Positions 1 through 13,619 are shown, counted from the first letter of the stretch. The stretch is 64,000 nucleotides of DNA from Azolla caroliniana (GCA_043228905.1 JBHGNT010000007.1:2170001-2234000); one strand, 5' to 3'. The notes: generated by a model not told the origin, from the letters alone. Made by a program: numbers and translations.

Positions 1-1005
1 ATCAATAGTGAAGAAATTGTAGATCTCATTATGCGTGAAGTGTTTCGCCATCATGGTCTCCTGAATGATATTATTAGCAATCGAGGTCCTCAATTTATCT
101 CACACTTTTGGAAGCACCTATGGGCAGGCCTCAAAATCTCTTGCAAACTCTCTTAAGCTTATCATCCACAAACTGACGGACAAACAGAGCGCACAAATCA
201 AACACTCGAGCAATATCTTCGATGTTCCATTAGTTATCAACAAGATGATTGGAGTAATATTTTACATCTTGCCGAGTTTGCATACAACAACATGGTCCAC
301 TCTTCTACCAAAGTTACACCTTTCTTTGCCTACACTAGCAACCACCCTCGATGGTGTATACTGGATCTTCCTGAGGTGTCACGAAACCCTAGTGCGGCGC
401 ATCACCTCCACCGCCTACAACAAATCTTGTTCGAGTTATCGTCACATCTTCAGAAAGCGCAAGCACACCATAAGACCAATGCCGATCGACATCGTCCTAA
501 GTCTCCGTTTAAGGTTGGTGACCGTGTATGGTTGCTTCGTCGTCACATCAAGACTACCCGACCGTGTGCTAAGCTTGACTATCAACGCTTAGGTCCTTTT
601 GTCATCACGACGCAGATTAATGATGCAACATTTCGTCTTAACCTTCCTGCACATATGCGGCTTCACCCTATCTTTCATAGCTCTCTTTTGGAACCTTGCC
701 GCACCTCTTTAATTCCTAATCGTGTTGTGCCACCACCTCCTTCTGTACAACTTGTGGACGGCCCCGAATACGAGGTAGTTGCTATTCTCGATTCTAAGAT
801 TGTGCGCAATAAGCTTTATTGTCTAGTTGATTGGCTTGGCTATCCTCCGAGTGATCGCACTTGGGAACCCATTGATAACGTTTGTAATGCTGAAGCTCTG
901 GACAATGACTTCCATCGTCACTATCCAAACAAGCCCGGCCCAACAATGTTAACGCCGACTTCCACTCGGCGTTCTCGAAGGAGGGATATTGTCATGAACA
1001 CATGA
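1..1005 (+). pseudogene. 3' end of Ty3/gypsy chromovirus pol (integrase C-terminus, GPF motif, chromodomain)
   Basis: ORF 292-1005 has KLDYQRLGPF, HPIFHSSLLEP and chromodomain YEVVAILDSKIVRNKLYCLVDWLGY..RTWEP. Integrase core (HPQTDGQTERTNQTLEQYLR) lies upstream. A PPT (GAAGGAGGGATA) precedes the LTR. Confidence 0.93.
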
Positions 1006-1433
1006 CTAGTATGGCGTCACCCGGACTTGAACCTCGAACCTTGTAATCCATACTTGAAAACCTCAACCATTAAGATAGCTTATTGTTATATGAAACAATA
1101 AAAGCTACTTCTTGTATTACATTGATTATTGTAAAACCTCTAGATTATTCTAGAATGTTCTAGAATGTCCTAGAGCATTCTAGGTCTAGAACATTCTAGA
1201 ACATTCTAGAAATCTCTAAGCTATTCTATAGGAACCTATAAATAAGGGCATACATGTATTCTCAAATCAATTCGAATCAACACCAGTCTTTAGCTCTCAT
1301 TACATATCGTGTATCCATTCTCTTTCTTTCTCTATCTTATACATCCATTCTTCTCTTAGTATTTCGTTCCTTTCTTCTCGTGTTCTCTAGTATCCTTCTT
1401 CCATTGCTCTATCTTTTATCCTTGGTTCTGACA
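990..1433 (+). repeat. 3' LTR of the chromovirus, inserted in copia A
   Basis: TGTCA...TGACA termini, follows the PPT, TATA box near 1237, TCTAGA-rich U3. Copia coding sequence resumes at 1434. Confidence 0.88.
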
Positions 1434-3400
1434 CCGGTTGGCTAGATGATGAAGGCTACACAAGTAGCATCCAGAACCACACTCTAAAGTTTTGCAAGGG
1501 AAACCTGATTGTGGCCTAAGTCCGGAATACAAACACACTATACCTAATGCATGCTCGGCTGATTCGAGACGAAATGAATGTGGTAACTTACATAGCCAGT
1601 GAGTTGTGGCACAAGAGGCTATGCCACATGAGTGAGAAGGGGATACATAAGCTTGCCGAGAATAATCTCATACCGGAGATAAAGAATGTGCATTTTGACA
1701 AATGCATTGATTGCTTGGCTAGCAAGCAAAATAGGGCCTTTTTCCGTCTCAGGCCCCCGATGAGAAAGAAGGCACCATTAGAACTTAGGCATACAAACAT
1801 ATGCTACATGGATACGAAGTCACATGCTGGCTCACAATAGTTTGTCACCGTAATTGATGACTACATCCGGAAGTTGTGGGCTTCCATACTGAAGACGAAG
1901 GGCCAAGTGTTGTCCATCTTCAAGGAGTTCCAAGCAAGAGCAAAGAGAGAAACTAATCGGAAGTTGAAATCTGTTCCAGTGGATAACAGGGGAAGAATAC
2001 CGAGCGTGGTTCAAAGAGTACTATCGATCAAAGGGTATCCAACTCAAATACATTGTGCTGAAGATGCCAAAGCTTAACGGATTGGTCGAGATAATGAACT
2101 AGACCGTCATGGAGAGAGTCAAGAGCATGCTTGCACATGCAAAGCTATCCAAGACATTTTGGGTTGAGGCGTTGATGATAGTAGTCGATGTGATAAACAG
2201 ATCACCCTTAGTACCCTTGGACGGAGATATTCCACAAACAGTATGAACCAACAAAGAGATGTCTGAAGAGAAGAACACGGAATATTGCTCGGCCACAACC
2301 GAGTCTTGAATCGCTTCACTGAGAATGAAACACAGAAATAGGAAGTGGAGAGTACACAAAGGAAATACACAAGATGTTTATGGGGAAAACCTTAAATGGG
2401 AAAAACCATGGGAGCCCACGGACTCCAACTATCACTATAGGAGAAAGGTACAATCAGAGCCTTGGAGGCAACAACCTCGAGCTCTATATCTTTGCCAAGC
2501 GGCGGTTACAACAGAGTATCACTTTGTATCTCTCTCACACACACACTCTCTTTGTCGCTCCCAATAATCTCCCTCTTCACTCCATCATGGGATGTCTTGT
2601 CAGCCCGATCCGCTTTCCGCACGCTGTCGTGAAGAATTTCGGCCAGAGGCGGAAACCGAGGAACATTGGCTACATCGGGCGGGGTGCAGCATGTGTACGC
2701 ACCCATGTACATTTAGTGTGAATAACGAGGGCGCCTTTATGGCGCTGAAGAGTAGTCAAGTCGGGACAGACGATCCCATGTAAGTTAGGATTTATCCCAC
2801 ATTGTAACGCACCCCTTTCCTTGTTCTATAAAAGGAAGGGAACGCCCTTTGTGAAAAAGGTTGCCCATTTTTGCGTTAGAGGGTATACCGTTAGTCTAGG
2901 GTTAGTGTTTCTTCTTCTTCTTCTTCTTCTTCCCCTTCGTGATTTACTTAGGGTTTGCTTCGGCTCGGCCTCCTGTGCAAGACCCCCCTCGGCACGACGG
3001 GCCCGAGAGCTCCCCGACGGCGGCTTGACAGCAGACGACTGTTGTAAGCTATCTTGGTCCGGCTTGAAGCCGGGAATGTATTCTTCTTTTATATATATAT
3101 ATATATACGTTTGCGTCTATCTGTGTATATTCGCATCTATGTTGGTGTCGGGTGTTTCCCCCTTTCCTGCGTTTCCTGTACATAAGGGCGCGAGGCGGGT
3201 CAGTGTGTGTGTGTGTGTGAGTGTGTGTGTGTGAGTCGGTGTTAAGCGCTCTCTCTCTCTCTCCCTTCGGTTGCTTCCGGGGTGCTTCTGGGATGCCCCG
3301 GAAACGGTGAAGCACGACTTCCTACGCTCCGTCACTCCCTAGTCCAAGACCCCCGTGGTCCCGCCTTTCTCCACGCATGCGCGTAACAACGCGACATATT

Positions 3401-3417
3401 TGGTGAACCCGACGTGA
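3401..3417 (+). promoter_or_regulatory. Primer binding site of C, complementary to the tRNA-Trp 3' end
   Basis: TGGTGAACCCGACGTGA, 4 nt after the LTR. Matches my recollection of plant tRNA-Trp ...TCACGTCGGGTTCACCA. Confidence 0.8.
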
Positions 3418-3433
3418 AAGGCGGCAAGGGAGG

Positions 3434-4257
3434 ATGGAGTCGGAAGACGACGACCTTGCGGAGATGGTGGCCGAAGTGGTGTTGGAGTCGGCACGAGTGG
3501 TGATGAGGCGAGAAGCAGCGCAACAAGCGGTTGAGCGAGTGGTTGAAAGAGTCGGCCGTTTCAACGGGGACAAAGTCCCATCTTACTTGGAACCCTACAA
3601 CGCGGAAATGGAGGAGCGTGGTGTAGACGAGGCGTTGAGGCTGGAATTCTTTTGTCGGGTCGTGGCTATCCGGATGCATGCGGAAATAAAGGAGCTCCGT
3701 GAGGCTCATAGTTCGTGGGAGGCCTTCGAAGAGGCGCTCCTGAAGGCATACGGAGGATGGCGGAAGAGCCGGGGACGGCACGACTTTGACCAGTGGGTAG
3801 CATCGGCAAAGAACCACCGGGCGCGACCAAGGCGTTCCGAGAGGTCGAGCGACGGCTTGCTCGGCTCCCAGAGCGGGAACAAGGATTGGTGGGGGCGGAC
3901 AAAGTCCTTTTGTTCGTCAGGTCGATCGACCGAGCGGAACGGGAAGCCATCGGGATTGAGCTCGAAGATGATGACGGAGCGAATGGGCTTACGGACGACT
4001 GGTCGAAGGTCGGAAGGGTGTGCCACCGGCTAGACAACGAGCGAGCCGAGAAGGCTAAGAGGAAGGTACGCGACGGCGTGCCATCACAGCGGGAAGAGGC
4101 CGAACGGCAAAGAGAGTCGGCAAGGGTTGGCGTTGGGGCCAGGATTGCGGAGGCGTACGCAGCTCTCGAGGCGATGCTCGAGGAAGAGGAAAGACAGAGG
4201 CCGCAAAACGAGACTGAGGAGAACGACTTGCCCCACGCGACGGCGGAAGATCGGTAG
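3434..4257 (+). pseudogene. Gag-like capsid ORF of C, frameshifted near 3820
   Basis: RFNGDKVPSYLEPY...SWEAFEEALLKAY resembles a retrotransposon gag domain. Continues in ORF 3793-4257. Confidence 0.65.
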
Positions 4258-7200
4258 GACGGTACCACGGGAGAGGGTGCGGAACAAAACGCCCTCTCGA
4301 CTTGCGGAGATAGAACGGCCAAGGACGAGGCCGAGATACAGATCGCGGAACCGGATAGTTGGGACCAGCGGTTTTGGGCTTGGCAGCCCGAAACCCCGGT
4401 CGTTGGAGAAGTCAGCCAAGACAGGGCTTGCGCGATCGGTAAGAAGACAACTGCCGACCACGAAGAGTCGGTGGCTACGGACAAGGGCGTAAAACGGACG
4501 GGCGATTCTTTGTGTCTTCCCACACTTGCTCCCGAGACGATGGCAGTCGGGCCCGAGTGCCCACATGAGTCCCAAGCGGAGGAAGGCAACGGCGAGAGGC
4601 CAAGAATCACCGGCGAGACGATACGGGGAAGGAGCGGAAGAAAGCCCACGGACCCGATTCCGGAGAACTCGGTATTCGGGCCCGTATGCCCAGGTAAGAC
4701 CGAGGAGATGGATGGCGGTACCGAGGAGTCCTGGCATAATGCCAGCGAAGATGGATGGGAAATGACCTATGAGGAGGCCGAGGACGGACGCGGCACGAGG
4801 AGATCCGCATTCCGATACGGGTGGAGCGTGATCCGGTCGTGGATTGTTCGATCGGGGCCGGATTCGGCATAAAGGTGCCAATACGGGAGAGGGTGCGGGA
4901 CGAGCCGCCCTCTTTTACATGGGGAGAAAGACCGACTGGGCGAAGGTCGAGAGTTGGAAGGAGAATGAAAGCCGGTCCTACGGAGATCCTCACACAGAGC
5001 GGGCGGTCGGCCCGAGTGCCGACATGAGTCCTATAGGAGAATCGGTGGCGACAGGAGAATGGGACCCGACAATACGGAGAAGGACGAGCGGACCCGAGCG
5101 AGAACCGGGCGGAGCGGACTCCCGGATGACCATTCCGTGAGGGAGGAAGAGAGCAGGCCTACGAAGAGGCCGAGGACACGGTACGTCGGTACCGCGGGAG
5201 AGGGTGCGGAGTAAACCGCCCTCTCGGCATGCGGAAAAGGACGACCCGGGACAGGGTCGGGAAGACAAATCGGAAGACCAAGGAGGATCCTTCACACCGG
5301 TTCTAGAGACTTCGGAAGTCGGCAACGCGATCGATGTAAGACCAAGATACTGACGGTGGTGGCGAGGTGACGAAGGCAAAGGGGCTACGGATGGGCGGTC
5401 TACGGAGGATCCTTCACACCGGTTTTAGAGACTTTAGCAGTCGGCAACGCGGTCGACGTAAGACCAAGATACTGATGGTGGCGGCGAGGTGACAAAGGCA
5501 AAGGGCGCAAGGAAGTTCGGTCCTACGGGATCCCCACACTTAACCAGGAACTCCGGCAATTCGGCCAACGTGGCAACATGAGACCGAGAGAGAAGGTTGG
5601 TGGCGGCGGGAAACGGGACCCGATGACGCGGAAGACACGAGAAGAGTCCAGGAGGGACTCAAACAAAAGACACCCGAATTTCGGCAAGCATAGAAACGGA
5701 GCCCGGTCCTATGGGACCCTCACACCGATCCGGAGACCCCGGCTGATCGGCCAACGTGGCAACGTAAGACCGAGGGAGAAGGAAGGTGGTGGCAGGGAAC
5801 GGGACCCGACGACACGAGGTTTCAGAAGGAGTCGGTAGCGGCGAACACGGGGAGGTGTGTCAGGCCGGAATGGCACACCTTGGACAGAACAAGAGTCTCG
5901 CAAGTGGCCATCGCGGGCTAGATCGAAGCGTGACTACGGGACAGTGTTCGGCACGAGCGGTGCCGAACAAAGGAAACGGAAGACGGCACAAGGGAGCTGC
6001 CGGGAACGAGGTGACAAGTGCCTAGTGGACTGCACAGGGTCGGAGTCAGGGGATGGCAAGAGAGGCCGGAGGAGGATCCTCCACACTCGCTTCGTAGATC
6101 TCGGGAGCTCCGTCGAAGTAGCGAAGACTGACACGGCAAGCCCGGGGTGACAAGCTAGTGGGGCGAGGGGACGACGGCAAGTGGAAGACTCGGGACCTGT
6201 TGCAACGGCACGAAGATGGGAAGGGCCGAGCGGGCTACTACGGGGTGTTCCTCGGATGCGGAGGACACCAGTATACGGATGAGCATGAAGTGAAGCATGC
6301 ACTACGGCTGGCGAAGGGTCAAGGAACAAGCATGCACTCGGGGAGCGTCAACGAGTGACCGGAAATGGTGAACCGATTGAGCCTTTGAGAGGCGAGGACT
6401 TGGTGGTGGACCGAGAGTGGGAGGAACCCTCCGCACCTACCCGTGAGGCATCGGCGGTCGCGGATAGAAAGGAGAACGAAGAAACGGTGGGTGGCCGCGA
6501 GGAGTTGGAGACTGACGCGGAGGTCGGGTCTACGGCGGAAGCGCGACATGACACGCATGCACTACGGCCGGTGAAGGGCCAAGACACGAGCATGCATACG
6601 GCGGATGGGCGACAACGATTGACCGACGATGACGGTCGGGTAAAGCCTACAGAAGGCAAGCACGGAGCGGAGAGAATCAGCACGCCGAGGTGTGCGGCAT
6701 GCTAAGGGCGGAATCTGGCATGCTACCGGGAGCGCATCCGGAGGATATACGAGGCGGACAAAGGAAGAGCAACCGCGTCGGTGACGGCGTTCGGGAGGAC
6801 TGAACGGGGAGGCAAGCGCGAGGGAAGAATCGAAGTCGACGGACCAAACTGACAGCGTGCCGGGATGCGGATCATGGAAGACCGGGTTCTCACCGGCTGA
6901 AATCTCTCACCTTCCACCAGAATTGGCACGTACCGGTGGACGTGCGGTTAGGTGGGGGCGGATGTCGTGAAGAATTTCGGCCAGAGGCGGAAACCGGGGA
7001 ACATTGGCTACATCGGCGGGGTGCAGCGTGTGTACGCACCGATGTACATTTAGCGTGAATAACGAGGGAGCCTTTACGGTGCCGAAGAGTAGTCAAGTCG
7101 GGACAGACGATCCCATGTAAGTCGGGATTTATCCCACATTGTAACGCACCCCTTTCCTTGTTCTATAAAAGGAAGGGAACGCCCTTTGTGAAAAAGGTTG

Positions 7201-7575
7201 CCCATTTTTGCGTTAGAGGGTATACCGTTAGTCTAGGGTTAGTGTTTCTTCTTCTTCTTCTTCTTCTTCCCCTTCGTGATTTACTTAGGGTTTGCTTCGG
7301 CTCGGCCTCCTGTGCAAGATCCCGCTCGGCATGATGGGCCCGAGAGCTCCCCGACGGCGGCTTGACAGCAGACGACTGTTGTAAGCTATCTTGGTCCGGC
7401 TCGAAGTCGGGAATGTATTCTTCTTTTATATATATATATATACGTTTGCGTCTGTCTGTGTATATTCGCGTCTAAGTTGGTATCGGGTGTTTCCCCCTTT
7501 CTTGCGTTTCCTGTACATAAGGGCGTGAGGCGGGTCAGTGTGTGTGTGTGTGAGTGTGTGTGCGTGAGTCGGTGT

Positions 7576-7619
<44 letters not shown>

Positions 7620-8764
7620 TCGGTTGCTTCCGGGGTGCTTCTGGGATGCCCCGGAAACGGTGAAGCACGACTTCCTACGCTCCGTCACTCCCTAGTCCAA
7701 GACCCCCGTGGTCCCGCCTTTCTCCACGCACGCGCATAACAACGCGACAACGCGTCCAGCTGGTCAGTTGTCAGGACCTTGGTCATCATGTTCGACCCGT
7801 TCTGCTCCGTGTGGATCTTCGCAAGCACGAACTCTTGATCTTCTACTCTCTCCCGGATCCAGTGGTACCTCCGTTGGCTATGTTTCGTCCGGGAATGGTA
7901 GGCTGCATTCTTTGCAAGGTGGATGGCACTTTGATTGTCGCAGTAGAGCCAATATTCCTCCTATTGGATCCCTAGCTCTCCGATGAAGTCCTTCATCTAG
8001 ATTCTAGATTATCTCTGACAGGAACTGCAACGCTCGGCCACAACCGAGCTTAGAATCATACACAGAAAATGGGAAATAAAACACGACACAAAGAAGAGAA
8101 GGGTACACAAGATGTTTATGTGGAAAACCCGAACTCAGGGAAAAACCACGGCAGCCCACAGGCTGCAAACTATCACTATGTTAGAATGTACAATAGTTAG
8201 TTCACATAGGCAACGACCTCGTGCTCACGATCCTCGCCACAGGCGGCGGTTACAATCAGAGGCAACGACCTCTTCCTCTCTCTCTTCCTCTATGTACACA
8301 TTTATGCGCTCTCTCTCTCCTTGCACCAACAAGAATGACAACAACCACTAAAAGTTTGCCCTAAGTCATATTTATACTAATATGACTTTTCGGCTATTTA
8401 CAAATATAGCCATGATGGACTGTCAGAAACATATTTACGAATATGTTTCTTCATCCGGTGAGCACTCCTCACCGGGTCTACACCATCCGGCTCTCTGTAG
8501 TCGGGTACCCCTGATCCGGTTCTCACCGGGTCTGCACCATCCGGCTCTCTGTAGTCGGGTACCCCTGATCCGGTTCTCACCGGGTCTGCACTGGATCCTC
8601 TCCGTAGCCGGGTACTCCTCATCTAGTTCTCACCGGGTCTGCACCATCCGGCTCTCCGTAGCCGGGTACTCCTAATCCGGTTTCGGCCTCGGTCGAGTTT
8701 GCTTATCAGCACTGTTCTTCTCCCTTCCCATCCGGAGGGACCTATCTCCCAACAAACTCCCCCT

Positions 8765-11700
8765 TCACTCCGGCATGGAGTGTCTTACTAGTCTGATCCT
8801 CTTGCGGCATGCATCCAGCTTGTCGGGTATCACAACTTTGGTCAGCATATCTGACCCGTTCAAGGCCGTGTGGATCTTCGTTAGTGCGAACTCCTGGTCA
8901 TCTACTCTTTCCCGGATCCAATGATATCTTCGCTGGATATGCTTCGTCCGGGAATGGTAGGCCGCATTCTTAGCAAGATGGATGGCACTTTGACTGTCGT
9001 AATAGAGCCGGTATTCATCTTGCCGGATACTGAGCTCTCCGATGAAGTCCTTCATCCATAAGATTTCCTTGCCGGCTTCCATAGCTTCCATGTATTTCGC
9101 CTCCGTGGTTTACAATGCAACTGTCTTCTGCAGCCTCGACTGCCACGATGTAGACCGGCTGGTATCCACATCAGCCGACATGTCCGAATCGGTGAAACCG
9201 TCAAGTTGAGGTTTTCCGGAGCCGAATCAAACACACATATTTGAAGTGCCCTTCAAATACCGGAGTATCCATTTGACTGCGTTCCAGTGCTCCTTGCCGG
9301 GATTGCTCAGAAACCGGCTCACCACTCCGACTGCGTATCCTATATCCGGTCGGGTACACACCATTGCGTACATCAAGCTCCCGACGGCAGAGGCATATGG
9401 AATCTTCATCATATCCGCCTTCTCTGCTTTCGTCTTCGGGCTTTGCTTACCGGATAACCTGCAGTTTGCCGGAAGTGTCGATCCGACCGGTTTCGCATCT
9501 GACATGTTGAACCGGTGAAGCACCTTTGGCACGTACTTCTCCTGTGACAGCCATAATTGCTTCATTGACCGGTTCCGGATAATATGCATCCCCAACATCT
9601 GTCTTGACGGACCCAAGTCTTTCATTGAGAAGGTCCGGTTGAGGGCCTTCTTCAGCATCTGTATTTTGACTTGGTCCCGTTCGATGATCAACATGTCATC
9701 CACGTACAGAAGGAGTATCAGGAAGTCGCCTCCTTTGAACTTCTTCACAAACACGTAGTGATCGGCCTGCGTCTTGTGGTACCCTTGATCGGTCATGAAG
9801 GAATTGAACTTCCGGTACCATTGTCGGGGAGCTTGCTTTAGTCCGTACAGGCTCTTCTTCAGTCGGCATACCAGGTGCTCCTTCCCTTTCTCCACAAATC
9901 CCTCCGGTTGCTGCATGTAGATCTCCTCATCGAGGTCGCTGTGAAGGAATGCCGTCTTCACGTCCAGCTGTTCTACCTCGAGGTCCATGCTTGCCGCTAT
10001 ACTTAGCACCATCCGGATGGAGGTCATCTTTACTATCGGGGCAAATATCTCGTCAAAGTCCACGCCCTTTTTCTGCTGGAACCCCTTCACCACGATCCTG
10101 GCTTTGTATCTCGGGGGGTTGCCGGCATCTCCCAGTTTCAACTTGTACACCCACTTGTTTCGGAGTGCCCGCTTTCCTTTCGACAACTCCACCAATTCGT
10201 ACGTATGGTTCTCATGCAGCGAATCCATCTCATCCTACATGGCACTTAACCATTTGCGGTTGTGGGCGTCTTCCTTCGCTTCTTCGAAGCTTTCCGGCTC
10301 CCCCTCATCGGTCAGCAGAACATGCTCTGCATCCGGAAATCTCCGGGGCGCCCTTCTCTCTCTGAGAGGATATCTCCGTCTTCGGGCTTCAGTAACCGGC
10401 TCCTCCATTTGCTCTTCATTTGAATCTGATTCGGGGTCTTGGCCGGTTCCGGTTTAAACTTCCTCTACTTCTTCTTCAGCCTGTTCGGTATCCTCACCGT
10501 AACCGGCCGGTCCTTCGAGTGTTAACCGGTCTCTTGCCGGTTGGGTCTGCTCGTCGTAGAGTCGATCCTTGCCGGTCGACTCGGAGTTCATTATCTTCTT
10601 CTCCGACTCCCAGTCGGCGAGCGTCTTGTCCTCCATGAAGATAATATCTCGACTCCGGAATACCTTCTTGTCGACCAGGTCCCACACTCGGTAGCCGAAC
10701 TCATCGTCGCCGTAACCGAGGAATATGCATGCCCGGGTCTTTGGATCCAACTTTCCTCTCTGGTCCTTAGCTACATGCATGTACGCGAGACACCCGAATA
10801 CCTTCGGATGCCGGTAGGATACTTCCTTACCGGTCCAGACCCTCTATGGTGTGTCTCCGTCCAAGGGTACCGAGGGTGATCTATTTATCACATATGTCGC
10901 TGTCGACAATGCCTCAACCCAAAATTTTTTGGGTAGGTTTGCATGCGCTAGCATGCTCCGGACCCTCTCCATTATGGTCCGGTTCATCCTCTCGGCCAGT
11001 CCGTTTAGTTCCGGCGTCTTCGGCACGGTAAATTCGAGCCGGAATCCCTTCGAGCGGCAGTACTCCTCGAACTGCCCCCAGTATTCTCCTCCGTTATCTG
11101 CTCGAACCGCCTTCAGCTTCCGACCGGTTTCTCTTTCCACTCTCGCGTGGAGCTCTTTGAAGACGAATAGCACCTGATCCTTTGTCTTCAACGGTGTGGC
11201 CCATAGCTTCCGACTGTGGTCATCTATGAACATCACGATGTACTGCGCTCCGGCATGTGACATCGTGTCTACTTGACACACATCCGTATGCAACAACTCC
11301 AGTGGTGCATTACGTCTCATCGGTGGCCTTGGTCAGAAGGAGGTCCGGTTTTGCTTACTGGCCAGACAATCAGTGCACTTCTCCAAGTGCACGTTCTTCA
11401 CTGGAATGAGGTTGTTGCCTGCAAGCCTCTTCATCCCCTTCTCGCTCATATGACACAGCCTCTTGTGCCACAGCTCACCGGCAGTGTCGGATGCCACGTT
11501 CACTTCTTCTAGACAGAACCGAGCGTTCATCAGGTACAGTGTGTTGACCTTCCGGGCCTGAGCCACAATCAGGCTCCCTTTGCTGAACTTCATGACACCA
11601 TTCCGGATGCTACCTGTGTAGCCTTCATCGTCTAGCCGACCGACTGATATCAGGTTCAGATGAACCTCCGGAATGTGTCAGACATCCTTCAACAACAACT

Positions 11701-12775
11701 TGCATCCGGTTGGTGTTGTCAGCCACACGTCTACTATGCCGACAATTCGGCATGTACCTTCATTCCCCATCCGGACACAACCATGATCACCGGCTACGTA
11801 GAATGAGAAGCATTTCCGGTCCGGGGTAAGGTGGAACGACGCTCCGGAGTCTACCACCCAGGTCATCTCATCGCCGGCAAGGTTTATCTCATTCTCCTCG
11901 GTGATGAGCATCAACTCTTCTTCACTTGCCGCGATTGCCATCGTTCCCTTCCGGTCCGGCCCCCTCCGGTCTTTACCGTTCCGGTCCGGGGTCCGCTTCG
12001 AATCGGTACCGTTGGTTTCCTTGTCTTTTCGGAAATGCCGACAGTTCTTTTGGAAGTGTCCCGGCTTGCCGCAATAGAAGCAAGTAGGCCTCCCCCTTGA
12101 CTTTGACCGTGTCCCCGACTTCTCCCGGTTCTGGGGACTACGGTTTCTATGTCTTCCACGTTTCGATTCGGTAAGGAGCGCTTTGGAGTCGGAGCTCGTA
12201 TCTTTATCTTTCCGACGCACCTCCTCATCTAGCAAGCTCGACTTTACTCTTGCTAGGGATAGCCGTTTTCCTTCCGGCCCGGCGTTGCCCAAAGTGACAA
12301 CCAGCGTCTCCCAGCTATCCGGGAGGGAACCGAGCAGGAGTAGCGCTAGTACCTCATCGGCGAGAGGTACTTCCAATGAAGTTTCCTGGTGGATCAGCCC
12401 TTGGAAGGCATTCATGTGCTCCGCCATGCTGGAGCCATCTTGGTACCAGAGTCTTACTAGCTTCCGGAATACCGAAACCTGATTAACAACATTTTTGTTT
12501 TGAAACATTATGTTGATCTTCTCCCAGAGCTCATGAGCCTTGCTCTCTTCATTGAAGTTGTTGTACATGCTCATGTTGATGAAGCACCGTATGTACGTCG
12601 TTGTCTTCATGTGCATCACCTCCCATATCGCGGCATCGATTTTGTCCGGTCTCTTGTCCCCGAACTGAACCGACAGCAAGAGGTCTTTAACCACGAGCAT
12701 ATCCCTCATCTTCGACTTCCACACCGAATAGTTGGAGCCGGTGAGCTTGAACATGCCTCCCAACGAATCGTCCAT
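8765..12775 (-). pseudogene. copia D gag-pol polyprotein, disrupted
   Basis: Zn knuckle CFYCGKPGHFQKNC, protease WVVDSGASFH, integrase VRADNGGEY...NGLAERMNRTIME, RT LYVDDML, RNase H DSQSAIHLAKN...RTKHI. Split into several ORFs. Confidence 0.93.
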
Positions 12776-13272
12776 TTTCTGTGTCGTTTCGCTCTGATAC
12801 CAGTTGATAGGAACTGCAACGCTCCGTATACGCAACGCTCGGCCACAACCGAGCTTAGAATCATACACAGAAAACGGGAAATAAAACACGACACAAAGAA
12901 GAGAAGGGTACACAGGATGTTTACGTGGAAAACCCAAACTAAGGGAAAAACCACAGCAGCCCACAGGCTGCAAACTATCACTATGTTAGAATGTACAATA
13001 GTTAGTTCACATAGGCAACGACCTCGTGCTCACGATCCTCGCCACAGGCGGCGGTTACAATCAGAGGCAACGACCTCTTCCTCTCTCTGTCCCTCTCTGT
13101 ACACAGTTACGCGCTCTCTCTCTCCTTGCACCAACAAGAATGACAACAACCACTAAAAGTTTGCCCTAAGTCATATTTATACTAATATGACTTTTCGGCT
13201 ATTTACAAATATAGCCATGATGGACTGTCAGAAACATATTTACGAATATGTTTCTTCATCCGGTGAGTACTC

Positions 13273-13543
13273 CTCACCGGGTCTGCACCATCCGGCTCTC
13301 CGTAGCCGGGTACCCCTCATCTGGTTCTCACCGGTTCTGCACCATTCGACTCTCTGTAGCCGGGTACTCCTCATCCGGTTCTCACCGGGTTTGCACCATC
13401 CGGCTCTCCGTAGCCGGGGACTCCTCATCTGGTTTTCACCGGGTCTGCATCATCCGGCTCTCCGTAGCCGAGTACTCCTCATCCGGTTCTCATCGGGTCT
13501 GGACGATCCGACTCTTCGTAGCCGGGTACTCCTCATCCGGTTT
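13273..13543. repeat. 54-bp tandem repeat in U3 of the D-family LTR (about 5 copies; about 4 at 8468-8680; diverged copies at 63480-63680)
   Basis: Unit CTCACCGGGTCTGCACCATCCGGCTCTCCGTAGCCGGGTACTCCTCATCCGGTT. Confidence 0.9.
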
Positions 13544-13619
13544 CGGCCTCGGCCGAGTTTGCTTATCAACACTGTTCTTCTCCCTTCCCATCCGGAGGGA
13601 CCTGTCTCCTAACAATCTC

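Larger units (their letters stand above)
2625..7749 (+). mobile_element. Non-autonomous gag-only LTR retrotransposon C inserted in the RNase H of B
   Basis: Near-identical LTRs 2625-3396 and 6963-7749 (TGTCG...CGACA). 4-bp TSD ACGC. PBS at 3401, PPT AGGTGGGGGCGGA. No PR/RT/IN motifs inside. Confidence 0.9.
8016..13614 (-). mobile_element. Ty1/copia element D inserted in the RNase H of B
   Basis: LTRs 8016-8754 and 12805-13614. Perfect TSD ATCTC (8011-8015 / 13615-13619). tRNA-iMet PBS TGGTATCAGAGC at 12791-12802; PPT complement at 8755-8765. Confidence 0.95.

Noticed and set aside
3666-6929. Many long overlapping ORFs in element C as real genes
   Set aside because: GC-rich repetitive DNA lacks stops by chance, and there are no recognisable motifs beyond gag.
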